This document shows positions 49,251 to 56,604 of a DNA stretch of 64,000 bases, in pieces. The first letter of the stretch is position 1; each line of letters opens with the position of its first letter. The position numbers and the translations under genes were made by a program. The notes below the pieces were generated by a model. The model was given only the letters and a program-made list of their open reading frames with translations, had not been told where the DNA came from and did no database searches. This DNA is from Candidatus Fervidifonticultor secundus (lineage in GTDB: Bacteria > Sysuimicrobiota > Sysuimicrobiia > Sysuimicrobiales > Humicultoraceae), in the NCBI GenBank assembly GCA_031459385.1, contig JAVKIP010000009.1, forward strand, positions 1 through 64,000, given 5' to 3'.

Positions 49251-50270
49251 CTACTTGGGCAGCGGGAAGACCTCCCGGGTCCAGCGGTTCACCAGCGCGT
49301 CGCGGACCGCGGCCTTGCCGTACTTGATGAAGTCGTACCGGATGACGTTGAAGTCCTGGAACCGCGGCGCCACCTTGGGCACCGGCGTCCTGGCGTTAGA
49401 CGGCAGCTGGTAGGACTTGGCGTCCACGGCCAGGACCTGCACCTCCGGCTGCAGCGCCCAGTCGATGAACGTCAGGGCGTGGGCGCGGTTGGGCGCGCCC
49501 TTCACCAGGCTCAGCCCGCCGATCTCGTATCCGGTCCCGTCGCGGGCCGCGCCGTAGGTCACCGGGAAGCCGCTGAGGATCTGCAGCACCGCGTCGTGGA
49601 CGAAGGTGACGCCGATGGCCACCTCGCCGCGACCGGCCAGCGTGCCGGGCGCCGCGCCGGCGCGCGTGTACTCCGTGACGTTGCGGTGGATGCGCTTGAG
49701 GAGGTCGAAGCCCCGCTCGTCCCCGTAGATCTGCACGATCGTGGCGATCATCGTATATCCCGTGCCCGAGGTGTTCGGGTTCGGGTATGCTACCAGCCCG
49801 CGCAGGCGCGGGTCGGCCAGGTCCTGCCAGGTCCGCGGCTCGGGGATGTTCTTCTCGCGCAGCAGCCGGCCGTTCACCGCCCAGCCCAGCACGCCGGCGT
49901 AGAGCGGGATGTACTTGCCGCCCACCGCTTCCTTGAGCTGCGGCCGGATGTCGTCCCAGGCCTTCGGCCGGTAGAACTCGGTGAGCCCCTCCTCCGCCGC
50001 GACGAAGTGCGGGTCGCCGGTGCCACCGAACCAGACGTCGAAGACCGGGTTGGCCTTCTCCGCGCGCAGGCGCGCCAGGGCCTCGCCCGACGACAGCCGG
50101 ACGAAGTCGAGTTGCACGCCCGTCTGCCGCGGGAACTCGCGCTTGAGCAGGTCGCACCACTCCACGTTGGGACTGCACAGCACGACCACGCGGCCCGCCG
50201 CCGGCCCGGCCCGCGCCACGCCCGCCGCGGCCAGCAGCACCGCGATCACCAGCATCAGCACCTGTCGCAC
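49251..50270 (-). CDS. ABC substrate-binding protein (AfuA/FbpA-like; sugar-phosphate or Fe3+)
   Basis: Signal peptide; [51 protein letters not shown]. Confidence 0.88.
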   Translation of the reverse strand: MRQVLMLVIAVLLAAAGVARAGPAAGRVVVLCSPNVEWCDLLKREFPRQTGVQLDFVRLSSGEALARLRAEKANPVFDVWFGGTGDPHFVAAEEGLTEFYRPKAWDDIRPQLKEAVGGKYIPLYAGVLGWAVNGRLLREKNIPEPRTWQDLADPRLRGLVAYPNPNTSGTGYTMIATIVQIYGDERGFDLLKRIHRNVTEYTRAGAAPGTLAGRGEVAIGVTFVHDAVLQILSGFPVTYGAARDGTGYEIGGLSLVKGAPNRAHALTFIDWALQPEVQVLAVDAKSYQLPSNARTPVPKVAPRFQDFNVIRYDFIKYGKAAVRDALVNRWTREVFPLPK

Positions 50271-50397
50271 ACGCCCACCTCCTCGCTGTCGAACCGCCAA
50301 CGCCTCCGCCGGACTCTTCCGCCGCGCACCGCCGGCCTCCTTCCCCGACGCTCCTGCCCCACGCCCTGCCGTTCCCGGGCGGGCCTCCGCCCGCGGC

Positions 50398-51321
50398 CTA
50401 CCGGCCTTCGAACGCCTCCTCGACCACGGTTCCCACCCACCCCGGGGGGACGGGCACGCCCAGGACCGCCAGGATCGTCGGCGCGGTGTCGTATACCGCA
50501 ATCCGGCGCTCCAGCGCCACGCCGCGCTTCACCCCCGGCCCCATCATGATCCACGGGACCGTCATCACCTCGGGGACGACCACGCGGTGGTCGCGCTCGA
50601 TGCCGCCGTGATCTGCGGTGACGATGACGACCGTCCGGCCGTCCAGCCCGGCGTCGCGGTACGCCTGCCGCAGCGCTCCCACGGCGGCAACGCCGCGCCG
50701 CAACGCCTGCAGGTAGGCGAACGACATCCAGCCCTCCGCATGCCCCACGACGTCGGGTTCGGAGATGTGCGCCAGCGTCAGGTGTGGCCGGGCGGCGCGC
50801 ACGTACGCTGCGGTGGCCTCGACCAGGTCTGCGGTCAACGTGGCCGGACGCCAGCGGACGAGCCCGACGCGGTCGAGGTACTGGGGGTCGGCGATGACGC
50901 GGACGTACCCTTTCTGGGTGAACAGGGCAGCGCGCAGCCCGGCCTGTTTCGCAGCCGAGAAGATCGTGGGCACGCGAGGGTACGGCATGCCGGGCCGCCA
51001 GTCGTTCTCGCGCACACCGTGCCGGTCGGGCCCCACGCCAGACACCATCGACATGTGAGCCGACGCCGTCAGCGGCGGCACCGTCGTCTGGGCGTGCATC
51101 GACGCCGCGGCCTCCTGGAGGAGCGCGTCGATCCCGGCGCCGCGCAGACCATCGGGTCGGGCGCCATCCAGGGTCACGAGCAGCACGTGCTCGGCGAGCC
51201 GCGCAGGCTGCGCGGGCGCCGGACCCGCTGCGGCGGCCAGCGCCAGTCCCAGGACGAGCAGGGCCAGGACCCGGCCGACGGGCCGCCTGGGTGCGCTGCA
51301 GCGCACAACTCGCGTCCGCAT
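50398..51321 (-). CDS. Secreted alkaline phosphatase / nucleotide pyrophosphatase-phosphodiesterase family protein
   Basis: Signal peptide; VTLDGARPD, P.LT...H.SM.SG..P..HG, EPD..GH..G, VTADHGG, DTAPT. Confidence 0.85.
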   Translation of the reverse strand: MRTRVVRCSAPRRPVGRVLALLVLGLALAAAAGPAPAQPARLAEHVLLVTLDGARPDGLRGAGIDALLQEAAASMHAQTTVPPLTASAHMSMVSGVGPDRHGVRENDWRPGMPYPRVPTIFSAAKQAGLRAALFTQKGYVRVIADPQYLDRVGLVRWRPATLTADLVEATAAYVRAARPHLTLAHISEPDVVGHAEGWMSFAYLQALRRGVAAVGALRQAYRDAGLDGRTVVIVTADHGGIERDHRVVVPEVMTVPWIMMGPGVKRGVALERRIAVYDTAPTILAVLGVPVPPGWVGTVVEEAFEGR

Positions 51322-51370
51322 CCTCCCGCACCTCCTCTCCGGGGCGAGTCCGCCTCCGTTTGTCCCGGGG

Positions 51371-51570
51371 CTAGACGTTCTCCCCGGCCAGCACGTGCGT
51401 CCGCTCCGGGTCCAGCACCAGGTAGACCTCGCCCTCATACCGACGCTCGCCGGGCGCCGGTTGATCCACGATCCACTCCATGCCCGCGGCGTCGATCCAG
51501 TAGCGCGCCAGCGCGCCCAGGAACGCCGCGGCCCGCACGCGGCCCCGGAGCACCGGGCGGCCTGCCCAGG
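51371..51570 (-). pseudogene. Orphan C-terminal TOBE fragment of an ABC ATPase
   Basis: LRGRVRAAAFLGALARYWID....IVDQP.P......GEVYLVLDP parallels the C-terminus of 45901-46980 (GRVRSAFFMG...YLID); no ATPase domain or clear start upstream. Confidence 0.6.
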
Positions 51571-51618
51571 GTGGCGGTGCCTCCCCGCCCGCGGCCAGGC
51601 CGGGACCGCACGCCCGGG

Positions 51619-52431
51619 TCAGCCTGCAGCCTCCGGGGCCAGGATGAAGCGCTCGATGACCTCCCGCAGGCCACCCGCGTCGTTGCCGGGCGCCACGTAG
51701 TCGGCCTCCGCCCGCAGCGTCTCGGGCGCGTGCTGCATCGCGACGCCCAGCCCCGCGTACTGGATCATCGCCAGGTCGTTCAGGTTGTCGCCCACGGCGA
51801 TGATCTCCTCCGGCCGCACGCCCAGCCGCTCGGCCACAATCTGCAGGGCCACGCCCTTGTTCACCCGCGGGGGCAGGACCTCCAGGTAGTGGTGCTCGGA
51901 GAAGACGTAGGTGACCGGCTCGCGCAACGCGTCGATCTCCCGCGCCGCGGCCTCCAGCACCGGCCGGTCGCCGATGGTGAGGATCTTCATCGGGTCGGTC
52001 CGGAGCCACTGCCGCAGATCGCCCACGGCCTCGACCTCCAGGCCGTCCTTCTGCTGGTAGGCTACGGTCAGGGCGTTGACCGCCCCGACGTAGACGCGGT
52101 CATCCACGTAGACGTGCGGCTGCGCCTGCGGATAGCGGGCCAGGATCTCCAGCACCGCCTGCGCTTGCTGGCGGGGCAGCACTGCCCGGAACCAGATCCG
52201 GTCGGTGGCGAAGTCGTACACCAGCCCGCCGTTGTAGAGGATCGCCGGCGGGTCGGCCCCCAGGTCCTCGACATATCGCCGCGCCGACCGCCAGATCCGC
52301 CCGGTGGCCAGGCAGGCGCGCACGCCCCGCGCCCGGGCCGCGCGGACGGCCTCGCGCACCGACGGCGGGATCTCCCGCGCCGCGGTAACCAGCGTCCCGT
52401 CGATGTCGGTGACGAGCAGACGGTACCTCAC
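51619..52431 (-). CDS. Cof-type HAD-IIB phosphatase
   Basis: DIDGTL, LATGR, YNGG, YLE..P..VNKG.AL, AVGDNLNDL.MI..AGLGVAM. Confidence 0.92.
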   Translation of the reverse strand: MRYRLLVTDIDGTLVTAAREIPPSVREAVRAARARGVRACLATGRIWRSARRYVEDLGADPPAILYNGGLVYDFATDRIWFRAVLPRQQAQAVLEILARYPQAQPHVYVDDRVYVGAVNALTVAYQQKDGLEVEAVGDLRQWLRTDPMKILTIGDRPVLEAAAREIDALREPVTYVFSEHHYLEVLPPRVNKGVALQIVAERLGVRPEEIIAVGDNLNDLAMIQYAGLGVAMQHAPETLRAEADYVAPGNDAGGLREVIERFILAPEAAG

Positions 52432-53414
52432 GGGGGCAGGGGCAGCCGGACGGTCTCGCCCGTCCGCACGGCGCGGTAGACGGCCTCCACCAGTTCGGTG
52501 GCGCGGTAGCCGTCGTCTGCGGTCACTGTCGGGGGGCGCTCGCCGAGCACGGTGTCGATGAAGAGCCGGTCCTCCGCCACGTAGCCCCACTTCTCCTCGA
52601 ACGGCATTTGGAAGCAGTCGATGGCCTCCACCTGCCCGCGCATCGCCGGCGAGAACGCGGCCCGCTCCAGCTCCTCGGTCACCAGGGTACAGTGGTCGCC
52701 GTAGACCTCCACGCGCTCGTAGGGGAACAGCCAGGAGGCGTGGGCCACGCTGGTGACCGACGCCACCACGCCGCTGGCGAAGGTGAAGAGCAACACGAAG
52801 CCGTCGGGCTCGCGGTAGACGCTCTGCCGGGCATGGCCGGCAACCGTGGCCACCTCGCCGAACAGGAAGCGCCCCATGTCGAACAGGTGCACCGGGGTCT
52901 CGTAGAGGTACCCGCCGGTCACCGATGGATCGCCCGTCCACGGCGGCTGCACCAGCTCGCCGCGGTTGTGCTTCATCTGGGCGAGCCGCGGCACGAGCCG
53001 GCCGCCGTCGATGCGCTCTTTGGCGAACCGGTAGACGTTGGCGAAGCGCCGGTTGAACCCGATCTGGTAGGCGCCCCGGGCCCGGCGGGCCGCCTCGCGG
53101 ATCCGCGCGGCGCCCTCCAGCGACGTCGCCATCGGCTTCTCCGAGAAGACGTGCACGCCCGCCGCCAGCGCCCTGAGCACGGGTTCCACGTGGTGGGCGT
53201 TGGGCGTGCAGACGTACACCGCACCCGCACCCGCATCGAGCAACTGGTCGAGGCTGCCCAGCGCCCGCGTGCCCACCTCGTCTGCCAGCCGGGTGGCCGC
53301 CGCGGCGGCCACGTCTGCCACGCCGACCAGCTCCACCCGCCGGTCGCGCGCCAGGTTCAGCGCGTGGATCCGCCCGATGAACCCTGCCCCCAGCACGCCC
53401 ACCCTGGCGCTCAT
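52428..53414 (-). CDS. Gfo/Idh/MocA oxidoreductase (inositol dehydrogenase-like)
   Basis: GVLGAGFIG..H, VCTPN..H, HVFSEKP, GFNRRF, GG.L.E...H..D. Confidence 0.88.
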   Translation of the reverse strand: MSARVGVLGAGFIGRIHALNLARDRRVELVGVADVAAAAATRLADEVGTRALGSLDQLLDAGAGAVYVCTPNAHHVEPVLRALAAGVHVFSEKPMATSLEGAARIREAARRARGAYQIGFNRRFANVYRFAKERIDGGRLVPRLAQMKHNRGELVQPPWTGDPSVTGGYLYETPVHLFDMGRFLFGEVATVAGHARQSVYREPDGFVLLFTFASGVVASVTSVAHASWLFPYERVEVYGDHCTLVTEELERAAFSPAMRGQVEAIDCFQMPFEEKWGYVAEDRLFIDTVLGERPPTVTADDGYRATELVEAVYRAVRTGETVRLPLPP

Positions 53415-54271
53415 GTCGCGCCTCCCCGGGCGGCCTGCGCCACCGTCTCCTGCATCGCGGCCAGGCCGCGGCGCGCCAGCACCTCGGGATCCCAGCGCCA
53501 GTACTCCGGCCGGAACAGCTCGAGCGAGTAGGCGCCCCGGTAGCCCAGCGCCTGCAGGCGCGCCACGAGCGACCGCAGGGGGAGCACGCCCGCGCCCGGC
53601 AGCAGCCGATCGGCGTCGGTGAGCCGGGACGGTTCGTCATCTGCGGCGTCGTCGAGGTGCACGATGAAGACGTCGTCACCCCGCAGGCCGTCCAGGTCCT
53701 CCAGGCGCGAGCCGCCCACGTAGAAGTGGAAGGCGTCGATGACCAGGCCCACGCGCGGGTCGTCCAGCTCCGCGAGGATGGTCCGGGCAGCGCGCAGGGT
53801 GCTGATCGAAGAGGTCGCAAACCCCAGGAACTCGAACCCGACCTGCACGCCGGCGCCGTGGGCGACCGCAGCGTGGGCCCGCAGCGCCGCCACGGTGAGG
53901 GCGCGGACGCGGGGCTCGGGCAGGCCGCCCGCGGGCAGCAGGCTGGGCACCACCACCACGAACGGCGCCTCCAGCGCCGCGGCCCACCGGCACAGCACCT
54001 CCATCCGCGCGCGCCGCTGGTCCAGGGCCTGGCCCGCGTGCAGCGTGGCGTCTTCCAGCGCGTTCACGCTCAGCACGCGCACGCCGGCCTGGCCGACGAG
54101 GTCCCGGAGCTCCTGCACCGTGCCGCCGGCTGCGAGGAAGGCCTCGATCTTGGCGTCGCGCAGCTCCACCCACTGGTAGCCGGCGGCCGCGGCGACGCGC
54201 AGGTCGGTCGCCACGTCAGCCGGGCCCGTCGTGGCGCCGTTGAGCCCGAAGGACGGCAGGCTCATCGTCAT
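53411..54271 (-). CDS. Sugar phosphate isomerase/epimerase (AP endonuclease 2 fold, IolI-like)
   Basis: LNGATT, AGY..VEL...K, SVNALE, FEFLGF, LVID.FHF, VHLDD, D.DR.LPG.G, SLELFRPEYW; start uncertain (54265 or 54271). Confidence 0.8.
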   Translation of the reverse strand: MTMSLPSFGLNGATTGPADVATDLRVAAAAGYQWVELRDAKIEAFLAAGGTVQELRDLVGQAGVRVLSVNALEDATLHAGQALDQRRARMEVLCRWAAALEAPFVVVVPSLLPAGGLPEPRVRALTVAALRAHAAVAHGAGVQVGFEFLGFATSSISTLRAARTILAELDDPRVGLVIDAFHFYVGGSRLEDLDGLRGDDVFIVHLDDAADDEPSRLTDADRLLPGAGVLPLRSLVARLQALGYRGAYSLELFRPEYWRWDPEVLARRGLAAMQETVAQAARGGAT

Positions 54272-54405
54272 CTGGAAAACGATGCCTTCCCCGGACCGGC
54301 ACTGCTTCCCTCCCCGGCGCGGCCGGCCGCCGTGCGGCATCCTCCCTCGCCATCGGGGGGCGGCTGGCCTAGAATCAAGGCGATGCCCCGATCGGGAGGC
54401 GACGC

Positions 54406-55584
54406 GTGAGAGACCTCGCGATCCGTCCCACGGACTACTACCGGCTGGACGACGTGCTGACCGACGACGAGCGGCTCGTGCGCGACACGGTCCGCCGCTT
54501 CGTCGACCGCGAGGTGCTACCGCAGATCGGCGGCTGGTGGCTGCGCGGCGAGTTTCCCCGGCACCTGATCCCCGCGCTGGGCGAGCTGGGCGTGCTGGGC
54601 GCTAACCTGCCGGCCGACTACGGCGCCGCCGGCGTCAACAACGTCGCCTACGGCCTGATCCTCCAGGAACTGGAGCGCGGCGACTCGGGCCTGCGGTCCT
54701 TCGCCTCGGTGCAGGGGGCGCTGGTCATGTACCCCATCTACGTCTACGGGAGCGAGGAGCAGAAGCGGCACTGGCTGCCGCGGCTGGCCCGCGGCGAGGC
54801 GGTGGGCTGCTTCGGCCTCACCGAGCACTCGGCCGGCTCCGACCCGGCCGCCATGCAGATGCGCGCCCGGCGCCGCCCCGGCGGGTGGGAGCTCTCCGGC
54901 ACGAAGATGTGGATCACCAACGGCACCCTGGCCGATGTGGCGGTGATCTGGGCCAGGGACGACGAGGACGAGATCCGCGGCTTCCTGGTCGAGCGCGGGA
55001 CCCCGGGCTTCTCGGCCCACGAGGTGAAGACCAAGGCGAGCATGCGCGCCTCTGATACGGCCGAGCTGGTGCTGGACGGCGTGCGCGTGGGCGACGACGC
55101 GCTCCTGCCCGGGGTCCGCGGACTGCGCGGTCCGCTGGGCTGCCTGACGCAGGCGCGCTACGGCATCGCCTGGGGCGCCATCGGCGCCGCGGTCGCCTGC
55201 TTCGAGGAGGCCCTGGCCTACGCCAGGACCCGCGTCGCCTTCGGCAGGCCCATCGCGGCGCGGCAGCTGATCCAGGAGCGCCTGGTGGACATGCTCCAGG
55301 AGATCACGAAGGCCCAGTGGCTGGCCTACCGGCTGGGCCAGCTCAAGGATCAGGGGAAGATGCACTACACGCACGTCTCGCTGGCCAAGCGCAACAACGT
55401 GCGCGCCGCGCTGGAGATCGCCCGGGCCGCGCGGACGATCCTGGGCGCTTCCGGCATCACCCTCGAGTACCATGCCATGCGGCACGCGGCCAACCTGGAG
55501 ACGGTCGACACCTACGAAGGGACCTACGACATCCACACCCTGATTCTGGGCCGCGACATCACGGGGTTCGACGCGTTCGCCTGA
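54406..55584 (+). CDS. gcdH: Glutaryl-CoA dehydrogenase-like acyl-CoA dehydrogenase
   Basis: ELERGDSGLRSF.SVQG.LVMYPI, GCFGLTE..GSDP, G.KMWITNG, GPL.CL..ARYGIAWG, NLE.V.TYEGT.DIH.LI.GR.ITG. Confidence 0.88.
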   Translation: MRDLAIRPTDYYRLDDVLTDDERLVRDTVRRFVDREVLPQIGGWWLRGEFPRHLIPALGELGVLGANLPADYGAAGVNNVAYGLILQELERGDSGLRSFASVQGALVMYPIYVYGSEEQKRHWLPRLARGEAVGCFGLTEHSAGSDPAAMQMRARRRPGGWELSGTKMWITNGTLADVAVIWARDDEDEIRGFLVERGTPGFSAHEVKTKASMRASDTAELVLDGVRVGDDALLPGVRGLRGPLGCLTQARYGIAWGAIGAAVACFEEALAYARTRVAFGRPIAARQLIQERLVDMLQEITKAQWLAYRLGQLKDQGKMHYTHVSLAKRNNVRAALEIARAARTILGASGITLEYHAMRHAANLETVDTYEGTYDIHTLILGRDITGFDAFA

Positions 55585-55598
55585 CGGAAGGCACCCGC

Positions 55599-56231
55599 TT
55601 ACCAGACCACCGGATGGCGGGCCGGCGTCGTCCGCTCGCGGGTCGGCAGCGCCTGTCCCGCATCGGGCACGCAGTCCTTGCCGGCGAACACCCCGACGCC
55701 CACCACCGCGTTGACCTGGGTGCGCCCGGTGGTCGTGCCCAACGTGGAGAACGAGACTGTCCACGCGGCACGCGGGCCGTCCTGGCTCACGGCGGCCGTC
55801 CCCACCACGAAGAAGGCTGCGTCGAAGACGTTGTAGGTCCCATTGGCGTTGCGCGTCGTGAGGTCGATGAAGCGCTCGTGGCCCTGGCCGCCGCCGCAGG
55901 GCGGCACGAAGCTCACGCCCGTCGCGCTGTTGAGGTCGGTGTTGAACCCGATGCCGCCGCTGAACTGCGTGGACGATGCCGACGTGCCGGGCGCAGGCAG
56001 TACCGGGTCGGGCTGTGTCCACAGGCGGACCTCGAGCGTCGAGGTCCCGCGCACGGTCCGCAGTTCCAGCACGTCGAACGTAGGTGCCGATCCTGCATCG
56101 CCCGCGGGATCGGCGGTGACGCTCACCCCGGGATCGATCGGCGTCTGGTTCAGGCCCTCCAGTTGTCCGCACGCCGCCACCACGACCACGACCGCCGCCA
56201 GGGCGACCATCTGCGCCAGTCGCATCCCCAT
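55599..56231 (-). CDS. Hypothetical lipoprotein
   Basis: MRLAQMVALAAVVVVVAA-C lipobox; beta-rich mature part with DPAGD motif and two further Cys. Confidence 0.7.
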   Translation of the reverse strand: MGMRLAQMVALAAVVVVVAACGQLEGLNQTPIDPGVSVTADPAGDAGSAPTFDVLELRTVRGTSTLEVRLWTQPDPVLPAPGTSASSTQFSGGIGFNTDLNSATGVSFVPPCGGGQGHERFIDLTTRNANGTYNVFDAAFFVVGTAAVSQDGPRAAWTVSFSTLGTTTGRTQVNAVVGVGVFAGKDCVPDAGQALPTRERTTPARHPVVW

Positions 56232-56341
56232 CGCCTCACATTCGGCCCGGCACCGCCCGAAGCCCCTTGGTGCTGCCACGTATACGGATCGGCGGCGCAC
56301 GCGGTTCTACGAGGGGGACGGCAAAGACGCGTCGGGGCGGC

Positions 56342-56374
56342 AAAACGAAAAGGCGACGGGCACTCCCGCCGCCT
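56342..56374 (-). terminator. Intrinsic terminator after the micropeptide gene
   Basis: AGGCGGCGGG-AGTG-CCCGTCGCCT followed by TTTCGTTTT. Confidence 0.8.
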
Positions 56375-56397
56375 CTTCGGGGGCAAGCGCCGTGCTG

Positions 56398-56442
56398 TTA
56401 CTTGCCCTTCTTCTTGGCGGCCTTCTTCGCCTTCTTCGCCAC
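56398..56442 (-). CDS. 14-aa Lys/Ala-rich micropeptide MAKKAKKAAKKKGK
   Basis: AAGGAGG SD 9 nt before GTG; all 8 Lys codons are AAG; TAA stop; own terminator; AT-rich promoter-like tract (TATATATAGT) ~65 nt upstream. Confidence 0.65.
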   Translation of the reverse strand: MAKKAKKAAKKKGK

Positions 56443-56604
56443 CGTCCTCGCCTCCTTCTCCTGGAAGATGGACGGCAGACCCGTGCCGTCGGGTGTTCGT
56501 TCGCCACTATATATAGAATCTCCTGCTCCCTCGGACACAATTTCTTGGCATCGCCTCGCAGGGCGCTGCAGGACCCGACTGCGGGGGTGGCCGAATTCCT
56601 CCGC

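Noticed and set aside
39026..56490. Shared GACGGCA...TGCCGTC hairpin upstream of both small-protein genes (39027-39054 and 56471-56490)
   Set aside because: A 7-bp GC-rich stem with different loops can arise by chance; two instances cannot define a motif
56340..56520. tmRNA, or known small ribosomal protein (Thx/bS22), for the Lys-rich mini-ORF
   Set aside because: No tRNA-like ends or ALAA-type tag; sequence lacks the Arg-rich patterns of those proteins
55843..56604. N-terminal extension of ORF 55843..58536
   Set aside because: Overlaps the opposite-strand lipoprotein and micropeptide; the signal peptide begins at the GTG at 56605
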